44,135 nt of DNA from assembly GCA_964617075.1 (NCBI GenBank), contig CAZTVO010000002.1, positions 1-44,135 on the forward strand, in the 5' to 3' direction. The translations under genes were made by a program, and so were the position numbers. This DNA comes from an uncultured Jutongia sp. Its GTDB lineage: Bacteria; Bacillota; Clostridia; Lachnospirales; Lachnospiraceae. Every line of letters starts with the position of its first letter. Positions within the stretch are counted from its first letter, which is position 1. The notes under the pieces are model-generated. The model ran no database searches and was not told where the DNA came from. It saw nothing but the letters and a program-made list of their open reading frames with translations. This document shows, in pieces, positions 18,166-28,551 of the stretch.

Positions 18166-20127
18166 GTGGCGGACGATATAAAAAGAATGAAGGAACTTGT
18201 GGATATCCTTAATGAGGCTTCCAGGGCATATTATCAGGGAAAAGACGAGATAATGAGCAATTACGAGTACGACGCGCTCTACGACGAATTGCTGGAACTG
18301 GAAAAAAAGACGGCGACGACGCTTTCGTCAAGCCCGACAGTCAGAGTGGGATACGAGGTGGTTAGCGAACTGGAAAAGGAGGCGCATCCGTCTCCGATGC
18401 TCTCGCTCGACAAGACAAAGGATCCGGGCCAGCTTCCCGCGTGGCTTGACGGACATGAGGGGCTCCTTTCATGGAAGATGGACGGGCTGACGATAGTCCT
18501 TACATATGAGGACGGTAAGCTTGTAAAGGCCGTCACGCGCGGCAACGGGATGGTTGGAGAGGTGATAACCGGCAACGCCAAAGTCTTTAAAAACCTGCCC
18601 GTCGCCATTCCGTTTAAAAAACGCATGACGCTTAGGGGAGAGGCTGTCATATCCTACTCCGAATTTGAAAGGATAAACAAGGATCTTTCTCCGGAAGAAA
18701 GGTATAAAAACCCAAGAAATCTGTGCAGCGGGACGGTAAGGCAGCTAAACAGCGAAGTCGTCGCGAAAAGAAACGTGGAGTTTTACGCCTTTGCCCTGGT
18801 GGAGGCCGAAGGGCAAGATTTTAAAAACCGGCAGTCAAACAAAATGGAATTTATGAAAAGCCAGGGATTTGAGACCGTCGAGTACGTAAAGACGGATCCC
18901 GCCAAGATAGAAGACGACGTAAAGAGCTTTGAGGAAAAGATACCGTCAAACGACTTTCCGACAGACGGCCTGGTTCTTCTTTTGGAGGACATAGCTTATG
19001 GCGAATCTCTTGGAAGCACATCCAAATTCCCAAGAAACGCCATAGCGTTAAAGTGGGCCGACGAGACGGCCGACACGAGGCTGATTGGCGTGGAATGGAG
19101 CGCGTCAAGGACGGGGCTTATAAATCCTGTGGCCGTATTCGAGCCGGTTGAGCTTGAGGGAACCGACGTCTCCAGGGCAAGCGTTCACAACGTAAGCATT
19201 GTCGAGCAGCTCGGGCTTGGCGCGGGCGACATCGTGCGCGTATATAAGGCGAATATGATAATTCCGCAAATAGCCGAAAATATTACAAGAAACTCCGTCG
19301 TAGAAATCCCCGAAAAATGCCCGGTATGCGGGGGCCCCGCCGTCATTCACGAAGACAACGGCGTAAAGGTGCTGATGTGCGAAAACGCGAAATGTCCCGC
19401 GAAAAAGATCAAGTCTATTGTCCATTTCGCGTCCAGGGACGCGATGAATATAGACGGAATGTCGGAGGCGACTATTGAAAAATTTATCGCGAAAGGTATT
19501 ATACGGGAAAGAAGCGACGTTTTTAAGCTAAAAAGCCACAAAGACGAGATAGTTGCGATGGATGGGTTTGGAAAAAAATCCTATGACAGGCTTGTGGGGG
19601 CGGCTGATGGCGCGCGTGAGAGCAGCGCCGCGAGATTTTTGTATAGTCTTGGCGTCCCGGGCATCGGGCCGTCGAACGCGGCCGCGATATGCGCGCATTT
19701 TGACGACGACTTTGAAAAGGTGCGCGGCGCGAACGAGGAGGAGCTAATGGAGGTAGACGGCGTGGGAAGCGTTATGGCGCGCGCCTTTACGGATTACTTT
19801 TCATCGCCCGAAAACGCCGGCGAAGTGGACAGGCTGCTTGAATGCGTGTCGTTAAAAAAAGCGTATGCAGGTTCCGTTGCGGGCGGCGTGGAAGGGCTTT
19901 GCTTTGTCATTACCGGCGGCCTAAATCATTTCGCCGGCAGAAGCGCCCTAAAGGGGGTTATAGAGGCCGGGGGCGGCAGAGTAGCCTCAAGCGTGTCCTC
20001 AAGGACAGATTACCTTATAAATAACAATATTGCGAGCGGCTCCTCAAAAAACAAAAAAGCGAAAGAACTTGGAATACCGATAATAAGCGAAGAGGAATTT
20101 ATGGAAAAATTCGACATTATGGCCTAA
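18166..20127 (+). CDS. ligA: NAD-dependent DNA ligase
   Basis: PMLSLDK, KMDG adenylation motif, NPRN, zinc finger CPVC, C-terminal BRCT. Confidence 0.98.
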   Translation: MADDIKRMKELVDILNEASRAYYQGKDEIMSNYEYDALYDELLELEKKTATTLSSSPTVRVGYEVVSELEKEAHPSPMLSLDKTKDPGQLPAWLDGHEGLLSWKMDGLTIVLTYEDGKLVKAVTRGNGMVGEVITGNAKVFKNLPVAIPFKKRMTLRGEAVISYSEFERINKDLSPEERYKNPRNLCSGTVRQLNSEVVAKRNVEFYAFALVEAEGQDFKNRQSNKMEFMKSQGFETVEYVKTDPAKIEDDVKSFEEKIPSNDFPTDGLVLLLEDIAYGESLGSTSKFPRNAIALKWADETADTRLIGVEWSASRTGLINPVAVFEPVELEGTDVSRASVHNVSIVEQLGLGAGDIVRVYKANMIIPQIAENITRNSVVEIPEKCPVCGGPAVIHEDNGVKVLMCENAKCPAKKIKSIVHFASRDAMNIDGMSEATIEKFIAKGIIRERSDVFKLKSHKDEIVAMDGFGKKSYDRLVGAADGARESSAARFLYSLGVPGIGPSNAAAICAHFDDDFEKVRGANEEELMEVDGVGSVMARAFTDYFSSPENAGEVDRLLECVSLKKAYAGSVAGGVEGLCFVITGGLNHFAGRSALKGVIEAGGGRVASSVSSRTDYLINNNIASGSSKNKKAKELGIPIISEEEFMEKFDIMA

Positions 20128-20157
20128 ATTTTTTTGGGTCTAAGGGGGTGTCTGGAC

Positions 20158-21090
20158 GTGCCTATCAAAGTGAAGAACAATCTTCCCGCTAAAAAGATTA
20201 TGGAAAAAGAAAATATATTCATGATGGACGAGGACAGGGCGGTGACGCAGGACATCAGGCCCCTCCATATAGCCATACTTAATCTGATGCCCATGAAGGA
20301 AAATACCGAGGTACAGCTTTTGCGCAGCCTGTCCAACACGCCTTTGCAGATTGAGATCACGTTTTTGACGACGGCGTCGTACGTGGGAAGCCATACGCCC
20401 GAGAGCCATTTAAATGAATTTTACAAGACATTTGACGACGTAAAGGATAAAAATTACGACGGCCTTATAATAACGGGCGCGCCCGTCGAGCATATGGAGT
20501 TTGAGCAGGTCCAGTATTGGGACGAGCTGACCCGCATTATGGACTGGTCGGAAACTAACGTAATATCGACGCTTCACATCTGCTGGGGAGCGCAGGCGGG
20601 CCTTTATTATCATTACGGCATCCACAAGCACCTGCTTCCCAAAAAGATGTTCGGCGTTTACGAACACAGGGTGCATCATAGAAAGATGCCGCTTTTGAGG
20701 GGATTTGACGACGTTTTTTACGCGCCGCATTCAAGAAATACCTCCATAGACCATGAAGAGGTCGCCGCATGCGGGGAGCTTATAGTGCTCGCGGACTCAA
20801 AGGAGGCCGGGGAGCTTATGCTTGTGTCAAGAGATTCCAAGAACGTCTTCGTGCTGGGCCACCTTGAATATGACAGGCTCACGCTTGACGCGGAATACAA
20901 AAGGGATAAAAAGATGGGAATAGACATAGACCTTCCGGTAAACTACTACCCGGACGACGATCCGACAAAAAAGCCGCCGTTAAGATGGCGGGGCGCGTCA
21001 AACGCAATGTATTCGAATTGGGTAAATTATTACGTTTACCAGACTACCCCGTACGAATTTGTAAATGTAGACAAAGTGCTGCAAAAATAA
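20158..21090 (+). CDS. metA: MetA-family homoserine O-acyltransferase (acetyl-type predicted)
   Basis: QDIRPL, LNLMP, ITGAPVE, HICWGAQA, GHLEYD; GTG start after AAGGGGGT. Confidence 0.96.
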   Translation: MPIKVKNNLPAKKIMEKENIFMMDEDRAVTQDIRPLHIAILNLMPMKENTEVQLLRSLSNTPLQIEITFLTTASYVGSHTPESHLNEFYKTFDDVKDKNYDGLIITGAPVEHMEFEQVQYWDELTRIMDWSETNVISTLHICWGAQAGLYYHYGIHKHLLPKKMFGVYEHRVHHRKMPLLRGFDDVFYAPHSRNTSIDHEEVAACGELIVLADSKEAGELMLVSRDSKNVFVLGHLEYDRLTLDAEYKRDKKMGIDIDLPVNYYPDDDPTKKPPLRWRGASNAMYSNWVNYYVYQTTPYEFVNVDKVLQK

Positions 21091-21100
21091 ATTTCAAATG

Positions 21101-21964
21101 TCATCCGATTGGAACCATGTGGGGCTTGCGGCCTTTAAATTCAGCGTAGTATTTAAAGCCGCAGGCTTTTAAAATTTTGGGAACCATGTCAAAGCAAAAG
21201 CCTACGTGCGCGGTGTCGTGGGCGTCGGAGCCGACGGTTATTATTTCTCCGCCAAGATTTTTGTAGAGTTTTAAAATCCTCTCATGGGGATTGGGATGCC
21301 CAAGGCCGCATCTAAATCCGCCGGTGTTTAACTCTATTCCCTTCCCGTCGTATATGAGCGTCTTTAATATTTCTTCTATAATCTCAAGCGACGGATTTAG
21401 GCATTTTAGAATGTACGCCTCGTCAGGCGCCTCCGCCCGCTCCCTTAATTTTTTCATATGGGGAGTATATCTTATGATGTAGTCTATATGTCCGTACACG
21501 TCGAAATCGGCGCCGCTCTTTATGTTTTCAAGCGTCGCCTCATAGTATTTAAGTATCTTTTCTTTCTCGTCCGCCTCCCGCCAGTACGCGTCCAGATACG
21601 GATCTACGTCGTTTACAAGGTGGGTCGAGCCTATCACAAAATCAAAGTCGTACTCTTTTGTAAGGGCAAGGCATTTTGACGTGACGCTTTTTTTTAGCCC
21701 AAGCTCCACGCCGCGCCTTATCTTAATCGTTTTGTACGCGTCGGCGAGGCGGGCAAGCTCTGAAAAATACGCCGCGACGTCCAAAAAAAATTCGGTTTTT
21801 CCGTCCGCTGACGGAAATTCATAGTCCATGTGGTCTGTAAAGCATATCGAGCCAAGCCCGACGCGCGCGGCGCGGCGCACCATATCCTCCATGGACGCGC
21901 GTCCGTCGGTAGAAAAATAAGTATGCACATGGCTGTCTGATTTTATCGGGGCGCCTGTAGTCAT
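21101..21964 (-). CDS. HisJ-family PHP histidinol-phosphatase-like protein
   Basis: DSHVHT, FTDH, IGSTH, GHIDY, GSDAH. Confidence 0.88.
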   Translation of the reverse strand: MTTGAPIKSDSHVHTYFSTDGRASMEDMVRRAARVGLGSICFTDHMDYEFPSADGKTEFFLDVAAYFSELARLADAYKTIKIRRGVELGLKKSVTSKCLALTKEYDFDFVIGSTHLVNDVDPYLDAYWREADEKEKILKYYEATLENIKSGADFDVYGHIDYIIRYTPHMKKLRERAEAPDEAYILKCLNPSLEIIEEILKTLIYDGKGIELNTGGFRCGLGHPNPHERILKLYKNLGGEIITVGSDAHDTAHVGFCFDMVPKILKACGFKYYAEFKGRKPHMVPIG

Positions 21965-23721
21965 TCCTTGACCTCCCTTATGCCCGTTATGTCGGTATCG
22001 ATCGTCATTGAATAATTTGTATAGTATACGACGAAGCCCGGCTTGCTGCCGTTAGGCTTTTTAATGTGCTTTTTTTGGATATAGTCGATTTCGGCCTTGT
22101 CCTGATTCCTTGCCTTGGAGTAGTACGCGGCGAGCCTTGCCGCCTCCTCAAAGGAGCGGTCGGGCAGTTCCTTGCCAAACGTCTTTACTATGACGTGGGA
22201 GCCCGCGGCCGCTTTCGCGTGGAACCACCAGTCGCATCCCGACGCCGTCTTAAAGGTAAGCTCGTCGTTTTGGTAATTGTTTTTGCCGACGTATATGTCG
22301 AATCCGTCGGATGACATGTAGTGGAAGGGCCTGCTTTTTGGAGTTTTTTTGTTTTTTTCCCCGCGCCGCTTTATATACCCGCAGTCAACAAGCTCGCGCC
22401 GTATGGCCGCCAGGTCGTCCTCGTTTTCGGCAATTTCTATGGAGTTTGATATCGACTCAAGGTGGCTGATTTCATCTTTTGTTTCCGCCAGCTGGACTGT
22501 CGTCGCCTCAAACGCCCGCTTCAGCTTCGCGTACCGGGCAAAATAGCTTTTCGCGTTTTCCATGGCGCTTTTAGTTTCGTCAAGCGGGATTTCGATTTTT
22601 TCATTCGTATTGTAGTCGTCGCATATAAGGCTTTTTTCGCCTCCCTTAAGCTCGTAGCCGTAAGTCGTAAGAAGCTCTCCATATACCTTATACTTGTCCC
22701 TTTTTTTCGTGTCGTCAAGCTGGCGCAGCTGCAGGCCGCGCTTCTTTTTCGCCCGCTCCAGCGCCGTAGACGCGACTTTTCTAAGGTCGGCCGATTTTTG
22801 CCTCATGCGCGAAGCCGCCTCTTTTGAGGAATAAAAGTCAAAAAGCATATCGCTTACGCTGTCGTACGTCCTGCACGAATAATTTTTATCGTCCGAATAC
22901 ATGGTGAGTGGCAGCGCGCCAAATTCTACGGGCACGTTTTTGCTGTATACGATATTTGGCTTAAAATCGGCGGAGCCCACCGCCTCCATAATCAGCGTGA
23001 AATTGCGGTAAAGGTGAAGCCTTTCCATATCGTCAAGCTCCGCGGCCAGGTTTATGTCGTCAAGAGAGGACATATGTATAAGTTCATTGGCCATGGTCGG
23101 ACTAAATCCGGTAAGCGAGGAGTAGATGGCCTTTGAAAGGGGCATCGGCTTTTTTAGGACGGAGTCGATAAAATCTTTTTTTGAGATTGAAAATGGATCG
23201 AATTTATTTAGCGTGTCCGGTATAAAATATTTTCTGCCAGGAAGCACTTCCCTGACCGAGCTTACCAGGAGGGAAACGTGCTTGATGCTGTCGATTATAT
23301 TGTCGCCATCATCGCAGAAAATGATGTTGCTGTGCTTGCCCATAAGCTCGACTATCAGATATTTTACGCATAAATCGCCCATTTCGTTCATATGCTCAAG
23401 CTTTAGGCGTATTACCCTTTCAAGGCCCGGCTGAATTACGTCCAAAATCCTGCAGCTGCCCAAATGCTTTCTTAAAACCATGCAAAACGTCGGGGCGGCC
23501 ATGGGCGACTGCCTGCCTTCGTCGCTTAGGTACATAAGCGGCAGCGATGGATTTACCGAGATCACGAGCCGCTTTTGGAAGCGCCCGTCCGGGCGGCTCT
23601 GCTTTATAGTGAGCATAAGCTCGTCTTTTTCCGGCTGCGCTATTTTTGCGATGCGCCCGCCTTTAATCGTTTTTTTAAGCTCGTCCACAAGCCCCGCTAC
23701 CGCGATTCCGTCCAGTGCCAT
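21961..23721 (-). CDS. rqcH: NFACT/Rqc2 ribosome quality-control factor (FbpA/PavA family)
   Basis: MALDG start, FCMVLRKHL, ELMGKHSNII, VGKNNYQND, WFHAK..GSHV. Confidence 0.93.
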   Translation of the reverse strand: MALDGIAVAGLVDELKKTIKGGRIAKIAQPEKDELMLTIKQSRPDGRFQKRLVISVNPSLPLMYLSDEGRQSPMAAPTFCMVLRKHLGSCRILDVIQPGLERVIRLKLEHMNEMGDLCVKYLIVELMGKHSNIIFCDDGDNIIDSIKHVSLLVSSVREVLPGRKYFIPDTLNKFDPFSISKKDFIDSVLKKPMPLSKAIYSSLTGFSPTMANELIHMSSLDDINLAAELDDMERLHLYRNFTLIMEAVGSADFKPNIVYSKNVPVEFGALPLTMYSDDKNYSCRTYDSVSDMLFDFYSSKEAASRMRQKSADLRKVASTALERAKKKRGLQLRQLDDTKKRDKYKVYGELLTTYGYELKGGEKSLICDDYNTNEKIEIPLDETKSAMENAKSYFARYAKLKRAFEATTVQLAETKDEISHLESISNSIEIAENEDDLAAIRRELVDCGYIKRRGEKNKKTPKSRPFHYMSSDGFDIYVGKNNYQNDELTFKTASGCDWWFHAKAAAGSHVIVKTFGKELPDRSFEEAARLAAYYSKARNQDKAEIDYIQKKHIKKPNGSKPGFVVYYTNYSMTIDTDITGIREVKE

Positions 23722-23761
23722 GACAACCCTCCGTCCACTCGCCAAATGTCTACGGCAAAAA

Positions 23762-23790
23762 ATTATAGCATACCGGGCCGCCAAGGTCAA
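23762..23790 (-). promoter_or_regulatory. rqcH promoter
   Basis: TTGACC-17-TATAAT with extended TG on the minus strand. Confidence 0.75.
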
Positions 23791-23816
23791 AAACGCCCGT
23801 AAATGGCGGCGTTAAA

Positions 23817-23845
23817 TTGCTTTTTTTTAAAACTTATGCTACACT
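23817..23845 (+). promoter_or_regulatory. Putative plsC promoter
   Basis: TTGCTT-17-TACACT with extended TG. Confidence 0.5.
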
Positions 23846-23899
23846 GCGTTATGTGTTTTGTTAAGTTTATATTAAATCGGAAACCACAGGTGAACTATT

Positions 23900-24640
23900 A
23901 TGTTGAGATTTCTGCTCGTTATTTTTGGAAATTTGCATCGCATATGGATGATACCGGTAATGGATTATTATTCGCGGCATCCGGAGAAGTATTCCGAGAA
24001 GTTTAGGTACGAATATGACAGAAAGTGCATAAAGCTGATGAACAGGAGGGGAAGGATAAGCACCGACGCGTACGGCTATGAAAACCTTCCCAAAGAGGGC
24101 GGCTACGTAATGTTCGCGAACCACCAGGGAAAGTACGACGCCCTGGGCATAATGATTACCCACGACAAGCCGTGTTCCGTGGTGATGGACGCGGACAAAT
24201 CCCATACGCCGCTCGTAAAGCAGTTCATAAACCTCGTTCGCGGCAAGCGCATCAAGCTAAACGACATAAAGCAGGCCGCGGGCATAATCAAGGAGGTTTC
24301 CGAGGAGGTAAAGGCCGGCAGAAAATTTATCATCTTCCCGTCGGGCGGATATGAACACAGAAACGGCAACTACGTGGATCCGTTCAAGCCCGGGTCTTTT
24401 AAAAGCGCCACCAGCGCGCACGTGCCCATCGTTCCCGTTGCCATTGTGGATTCATGGAAGGTATTCGACTTATGGTCGCTAAAAAAAATAGTGACGCAGG
24501 TGTTTTATCTAAAGCCGCTTTTCTACGAGGACTATAGGAACATGAAGACTAAGGAGATATCGGATCTTGTATACGGCAGGGTGGTGGACGCCGTCCGCTG
24601 CGCCGAGATGGGCAGGCCGGAGCTTGCCGTGCTTAAGTAG
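23900..24640 (+). CDS. plsC: 1-acyl-sn-glycerol-3-phosphate acyltransferase family protein
   Basis: NHQGKYD (HxxxxD), IFPSG, FKPG, VPIVPVAI. Confidence 0.85.
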   Translation: MLRFLLVIFGNLHRIWMIPVMDYYSRHPEKYSEKFRYEYDRKCIKLMNRRGRISTDAYGYENLPKEGGYVMFANHQGKYDALGIMITHDKPCSVVMDADKSHTPLVKQFINLVRGKRIKLNDIKQAAGIIKEVSEEVKAGRKFIIFPSGGYEHRNGNYVDPFKPGSFKSATSAHVPIVPVAIVDSWKVFDLWSLKKIVTQVFYLKPLFYEDYRNMKTKEISDLVYGRVVDAVRCAEMGRPELAVLK

Positions 24641-24677
24641 CGGGATGTAAAAATATACAAAAAAAATCAAAAAAAGG

Positions 24678-24706
24678 TTGCTATTATGTGTTAAAAGCAA
24701 TAAAAT
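24678..24706 (+). promoter_or_regulatory. Putative promoter of the decarboxylase operon
   Basis: TTGCTA-17-TAAAAT. Confidence 0.55.
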
Positions 24707-24758
24707 TATAGTTGGCATATTTTGATTTATTGAATTTCACCATATTGGAGGGCTGAAC

Positions 24759-26195
24759 ATGAGTAACACGAATGCTTTGTCAGCGAGAGAGCGCATAGAG
24801 GCTCTGGTTGACGAAAACAGTTTTGTTGAAATCGGCGCGCGCGTCACGAAAAGAAGCACCGATTTCAACATGGGCGAAAAGTCGGTTCCGGCGGATGGGG
24901 TCGTGACCGGCTACGGGCTGGTTCAAAACAACCCCGTCTATGTTTACAGTCAGGACGCGTCGGCACTTGGCGGCGCCGTAGGCGAGATGCACGCAAAAAA
25001 AATCGCGCACATATACGAGCTTGCGACAAAAGCGGGCGTTCCTGTCATAGGCCTCATAGACTGCGCCGGCCTGCGCCTTCAGGAGTCTACAGACGCGCTC
25101 GCGGGCTTCGGACGCATATACAGGATGAAGGCCAAGGCGTCGGGCGTGATTCCGCAGATAAGCGCGATATTTGGAAATTGCGGCGGCGGAGCGGCGGTGC
25201 TCGCGGCGATGAGCGACTTTACGTTTATGGAAAAGGGCGGAGCGAAGCTTTTCGTTAATTCTCCAAACACTCTGGAAGGAAACTACGTCGAAAAGCTCGA
25301 CTCCGCGTCCGCCAATTTCCAGGAAAAGGCGTCGGTAGTCGATTTTGTCATAGAGGGCGAGAACGAACTTATAGAAGGCATTCGGGAGCTTATGTCGATA
25401 CTTCCCGAGAACAATGGCGACGTCGCGTTCTCGGAAGAGTGCATGGACGACATAAACCGCGTGACGGACGGCCTTTCGGACAAGATTTTGGATCCGGCGG
25501 CGGCCCTTGCCGAGATTGGCGACAACAACTTCTTCCTCGAGCTAAAGAAGGGATACGCGGGGGAGATGGCCACGGGATTTATCTGCCTTGACGGCATGAC
25601 AATCGGAGCTGTCGCGAACCGCTCGGCCGTGCTTGACGAGGACGGGCAGGAGGTCGAAAAATATCAGGCGAGGCTTACCACGGCGGGCTGCGAGAAGGCC
25701 GCGGCTTTTGTAAGGAAGTGCGACGCGTTTAACATACCGGTGCTTACATTGACAAACGTCGAGGGTTTTGCGGCCACGGTCGAGGAGGAAAAGACGGTCG
25801 CGCAGGCCGCCGCGAAGCTTGTAGCCGCGTTTGCGGGAGCCGACGTGCCTAAGGTGAACCTTATTACGGGCAGCGCGTATGGAAGCGCCTATATCTGCAT
25901 GAATTCAAAACATATAGGCGGCGCCGACGTCGTGTTCGCGCTTGACGGAGCGAAGGTGGGCATGATGGACGCGCAGGTGGCGGCAAAGATTATGTACGGC
26001 GACGACAAGGACGCCGACCTGTCAAAAAAGGCGGACGAGTTCGCGCAAAAGACGAGCGCGGAGGCGGCCGCGCAAAGAGGATACATAGATTCCATAATTG
26101 CTCCCGAGTCCGCGAGAAAGCAGCTTTTATACGCCTTTGAGATGCTGTTTTCAAAGAGTGAATATCCATTAGGCAAAAAGCATGGAACCATCTAA
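24759..26195 (+). CDS. Acyl-CoA carboxyltransferase (MmdA/PccB/transcarboxylase 12S-like)
   Basis: ARERIEALVD, DGVVTGYG, GLRLQE, ASGVIPQIS, CDAFNIP, C-terminal KKHG. Confidence 0.9.
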   Translation: MSNTNALSARERIEALVDENSFVEIGARVTKRSTDFNMGEKSVPADGVVTGYGLVQNNPVYVYSQDASALGGAVGEMHAKKIAHIYELATKAGVPVIGLIDCAGLRLQESTDALAGFGRIYRMKAKASGVIPQISAIFGNCGGGAAVLAAMSDFTFMEKGGAKLFVNSPNTLEGNYVEKLDSASANFQEKASVVDFVIEGENELIEGIRELMSILPENNGDVAFSEECMDDINRVTDGLSDKILDPAAALAEIGDNNFFLELKKGYAGEMATGFICLDGMTIGAVANRSAVLDEDGQEVEKYQARLTTAGCEKAAAFVRKCDAFNIPVLTLTNVEGFAATVEEEKTVAQAAAKLVAAFAGADVPKVNLITGSAYGSAYICMNSKHIGGADVVFALDGAKVGMMDAQVAAKIMYGDDKDADLSKKADEFAQKTSAEAAAQRGYIDSIIAPESARKQLLYAFEMLFSKSEYPLGKKHGTI

Positions 26196-26209
26196 GTGAG
26201 GAGTGGCAT

Positions 26210-26926
26210 ATGAAGAAAAAATCGCTTTTAATTTTCTGTATTATATCATGCATGCTGATGATGGCCGGCTGCAGCTTAAGTCTTACAAAGACCAATAAGA
26301 ATTTTAAAAAAGACGTTCTTGAAAAAAACGCGGATGCCTTCATAGCCAGCTGGTTTGAATACGACTTTGCAGGCACTGTGAAGGACTACTCCGATCAGCT
26401 TGACGCCGAGACGTTAAAGCTTTACAGGCAGTCGAGCAGATTTCAAAAAAAATACGGGGACTACAAGAAAAGGACGGACATTGAATATACTATAACCACC
26501 GATCTTGCGACTGTTACGGAGACGGTGCTTACAAGTTCCGGCGACAAAATCGTTTTTGCCGTTTCCTTCGACGAGGCGGGCGAGGTGTCCACATGGAAGG
26601 TCGACAAGTACAAGACGATGGGCCAGACCATGGCCACCGCCGCCCTAAACACCGTGATGAGCATGTGCATAGTGTTCGTGGTTCTCATATTTATCGCCAT
26701 TATTATCGCCCAGTTCAAGCGCGTTTCCGACATGGAGGGAAAGAGTGCCGCGGGAGCGGCGCAGCAGGCGGCGCCGGAGCCTGCCGTGGCCAAAAAGGAG
26801 GAAGAGGCGCCCGCGGACGTTTCGGACGATTTGGAGCTTGTGGCCGTAATTGCGGCCGCCATCGCGGCGTCGGAGGGCGCGCAAAGCGCCGATGGACTTG
26901 TCGTCCGCTCCATAATAAGGAGATAG
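26210..26926 (+). CDS. OadG/MmdD-like decarboxylase subunit fused to an N-terminal lipoprotein domain
   Basis: Lipobox MAGC; TM AALNTVMSMCIVFVVLIFI; Ala/Pro linker; ELVAVIAAAIAA. Confidence 0.85.
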   Translation: MKKKSLLIFCIISCMLMMAGCSLSLTKTNKNFKKDVLEKNADAFIASWFEYDFAGTVKDYSDQLDAETLKLYRQSSRFQKKYGDYKKRTDIEYTITTDLATVTETVLTSSGDKIVFAVSFDEAGEVSTWKVDKYKTMGQTMATAALNTVMSMCIVFVVLIFIAIIIAQFKRVSDMEGKSAAGAAQQAAPEPAVAKKEEEAPADVSDDLELVAVIAAAIAASEGAQSADGLVVRSIIRR

Positions 26927-27007
26927 TTTGGAGCGACGCCGGGGCCGCTTGAGAGGCCGATGAATTTTTTCAATAATATCAATATAAGTATGATGGAGGA
27001 CAAAATA

Positions 27008-27373
27008 ATGAAGAATTATACAATTACCGTTAATGGCAATGTTTACGACGTCTCAGTCGAGGAAGGCGGCGCTGGCGGAGCGCAGGCGGCGCCTAAAGCG
27101 GCTCCAAAAGCGGCGCCTGCCGCGAAAGCCGCTCCTAAGGCGTCATCCGGCGCGACGGGCGCCATAAAGGTCAACGCTCCGATGCCCGGCAAGATTGTTT
27201 CCGTAAAGGCGTCGGAGGGACAGGCTGTAAAGAAGGGCGAAGTCATCATTGTGCTTGAAGCCATGAAGATGGAAAATGAAATAGTTGCGCCGCAGGACGG
27301 CACGATAGCAAGCATCAACGTGTCTGCGGGCGATTCGGTAGAGGCAGGGGCTGTGCTTGCATCATTAAACTAG
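27008..27373 (+). CDS. Biotin carboxyl carrier subunit (MmdC-like)
   Basis: EAMKM biotinylation motif, Ala/Pro linker, YTITVNG N-terminus. Confidence 0.95.
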   Translation: MKNYTITVNGNVYDVSVEEGGAGGAQAAPKAAPKAAPAAKAAPKASSGATGAIKVNAPMPGKIVSVKASEGQAVKKGEVIIVLEAMKMENEIVAPQDGTIASINVSAGDSVEAGAVLASLN

Positions 27374-27386
27374 GAGGGACCGGGTT

Positions 27387-28535
27387 TTGGATTACGTTAT
27401 TACGACGATAGAAAATCTTGCCAGACAGACCGCCTTCGCGAACCTTACATTAGGCAACTATCTTATGATCGCGGTCGGCTGCGTTTTTCTCTATCTGGCT
27501 ATTAAAAAGGAGTACGAGCCGCTGCTGCTGGTTCCCATAGCGTTTGGCATGATTTTGGTAAACATTTATCCTGATATCATGGCAAACCCTGAGGATACGT
27601 CAAACGGCGTAGGCGGCCTGTTGCATTATTTTTATCTGCTTGACGAATGGAGCATCCTGCCCTCGCTCATATTCCTTGGCGTGGGCGCGATGACGGATTT
27701 TGGCCCGCTTATTGCCAATCCGATAAGCTTCCTTCTCGGCGCGGCCGCCCAGTTCGGCATATTTACCGCGTACCTTATCGCCATTCTCTTAGGATTTAAC
27801 GACAAGGCCGCAGCCGCCATTTCAATTATTGGCGGAGCCGATGGACCTACTTCGATTTTCCTTTGCGGAAAGCTTGGTCAGACCGAATACATGGGCCCTA
27901 TTGCCGTGGCGGCATATTCGTATATGTCCCTTGTGCCTATCATACAGCCGCCGATCATGAAGCTTTTTACGACTGAAAAGGAACGTAAGATAAAGATGGA
28001 ACAGCTTCGTCCCGTCTCAAAGCTTGAAAAAATCCTTTTCCCTATCATAGTGACGATCGTCGTGTGCCTTCTTCTGCCGACGACGGCTCCTCTTGTCGGA
28101 ATGCTTATGCTTGGCAATCTCTTTAGGGAGTCTGGCGTAGTGAAGCAGCTTATGGAAACGGCGTCCAACGCGCTTATGTACATCGTCGTCATTTTGCTTG
28201 GAACTTCCGTAGGCGCGTCTACGAGCGCGGAGGCTTTTCTTAGGGTTTCCACCCTTAAAATAGTTCTTTTGGGCCTTATCGCCTTCGCGGTAGGCACGGC
28301 GGCCGGCGTTTTGTTTGGCAAGCTGCTGTGCAAGATCACGCATGGCAAGATAAACCCGCTTATCGGGTCGGCCGGCGTGTCGGCCGTGCCTATGGCGGCC
28401 AGGGTGTCGCAAAAGGTCGGTTCCGAGGCGGATCCTACTAACTTTCTGCTTATGCATGCGATGGGACCAAATGTTGCCGGCGTTATCGGCACTGCGGTGG
28501 CGGCCGGCGTGTTCATGGCAATATTCGGCATCTAA
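27387..28535 (+). CDS. oadB: Na+-translocating decarboxylase beta subunit
   Basis: [44 protein letters not shown]. Confidence 0.95.
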   Translation: MDYVITTIENLARQTAFANLTLGNYLMIAVGCVFLYLAIKKEYEPLLLVPIAFGMILVNIYPDIMANPEDTSNGVGGLLHYFYLLDEWSILPSLIFLGVGAMTDFGPLIANPISFLLGAAAQFGIFTAYLIAILLGFNDKAAAAISIIGGADGPTSIFLCGKLGQTEYMGPIAVAAYSYMSLVPIIQPPIMKLFTTEKERKIKMEQLRPVSKLEKILFPIIVTIVVCLLLPTTAPLVGMLMLGNLFRESGVVKQLMETASNALMYIVVILLGTSVGASTSAEAFLRVSTLKIVLLGLIAFAVGTAAGVLFGKLLCKITHGKINPLIGSAGVSAVPMAARVSQKVGSEADPTNFLLMHAMGPNVAGVIGTAVAAGVFMAIFGI

Positions 28536-28551
28536 TTTAGGAGGATGAATA

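Noticed and set aside
23855-23880. Possible Rex-like operator near plsC
   Set aside because: Too many mismatches to TTGTGAA-n4-TTCACAA in an AT-rich tract
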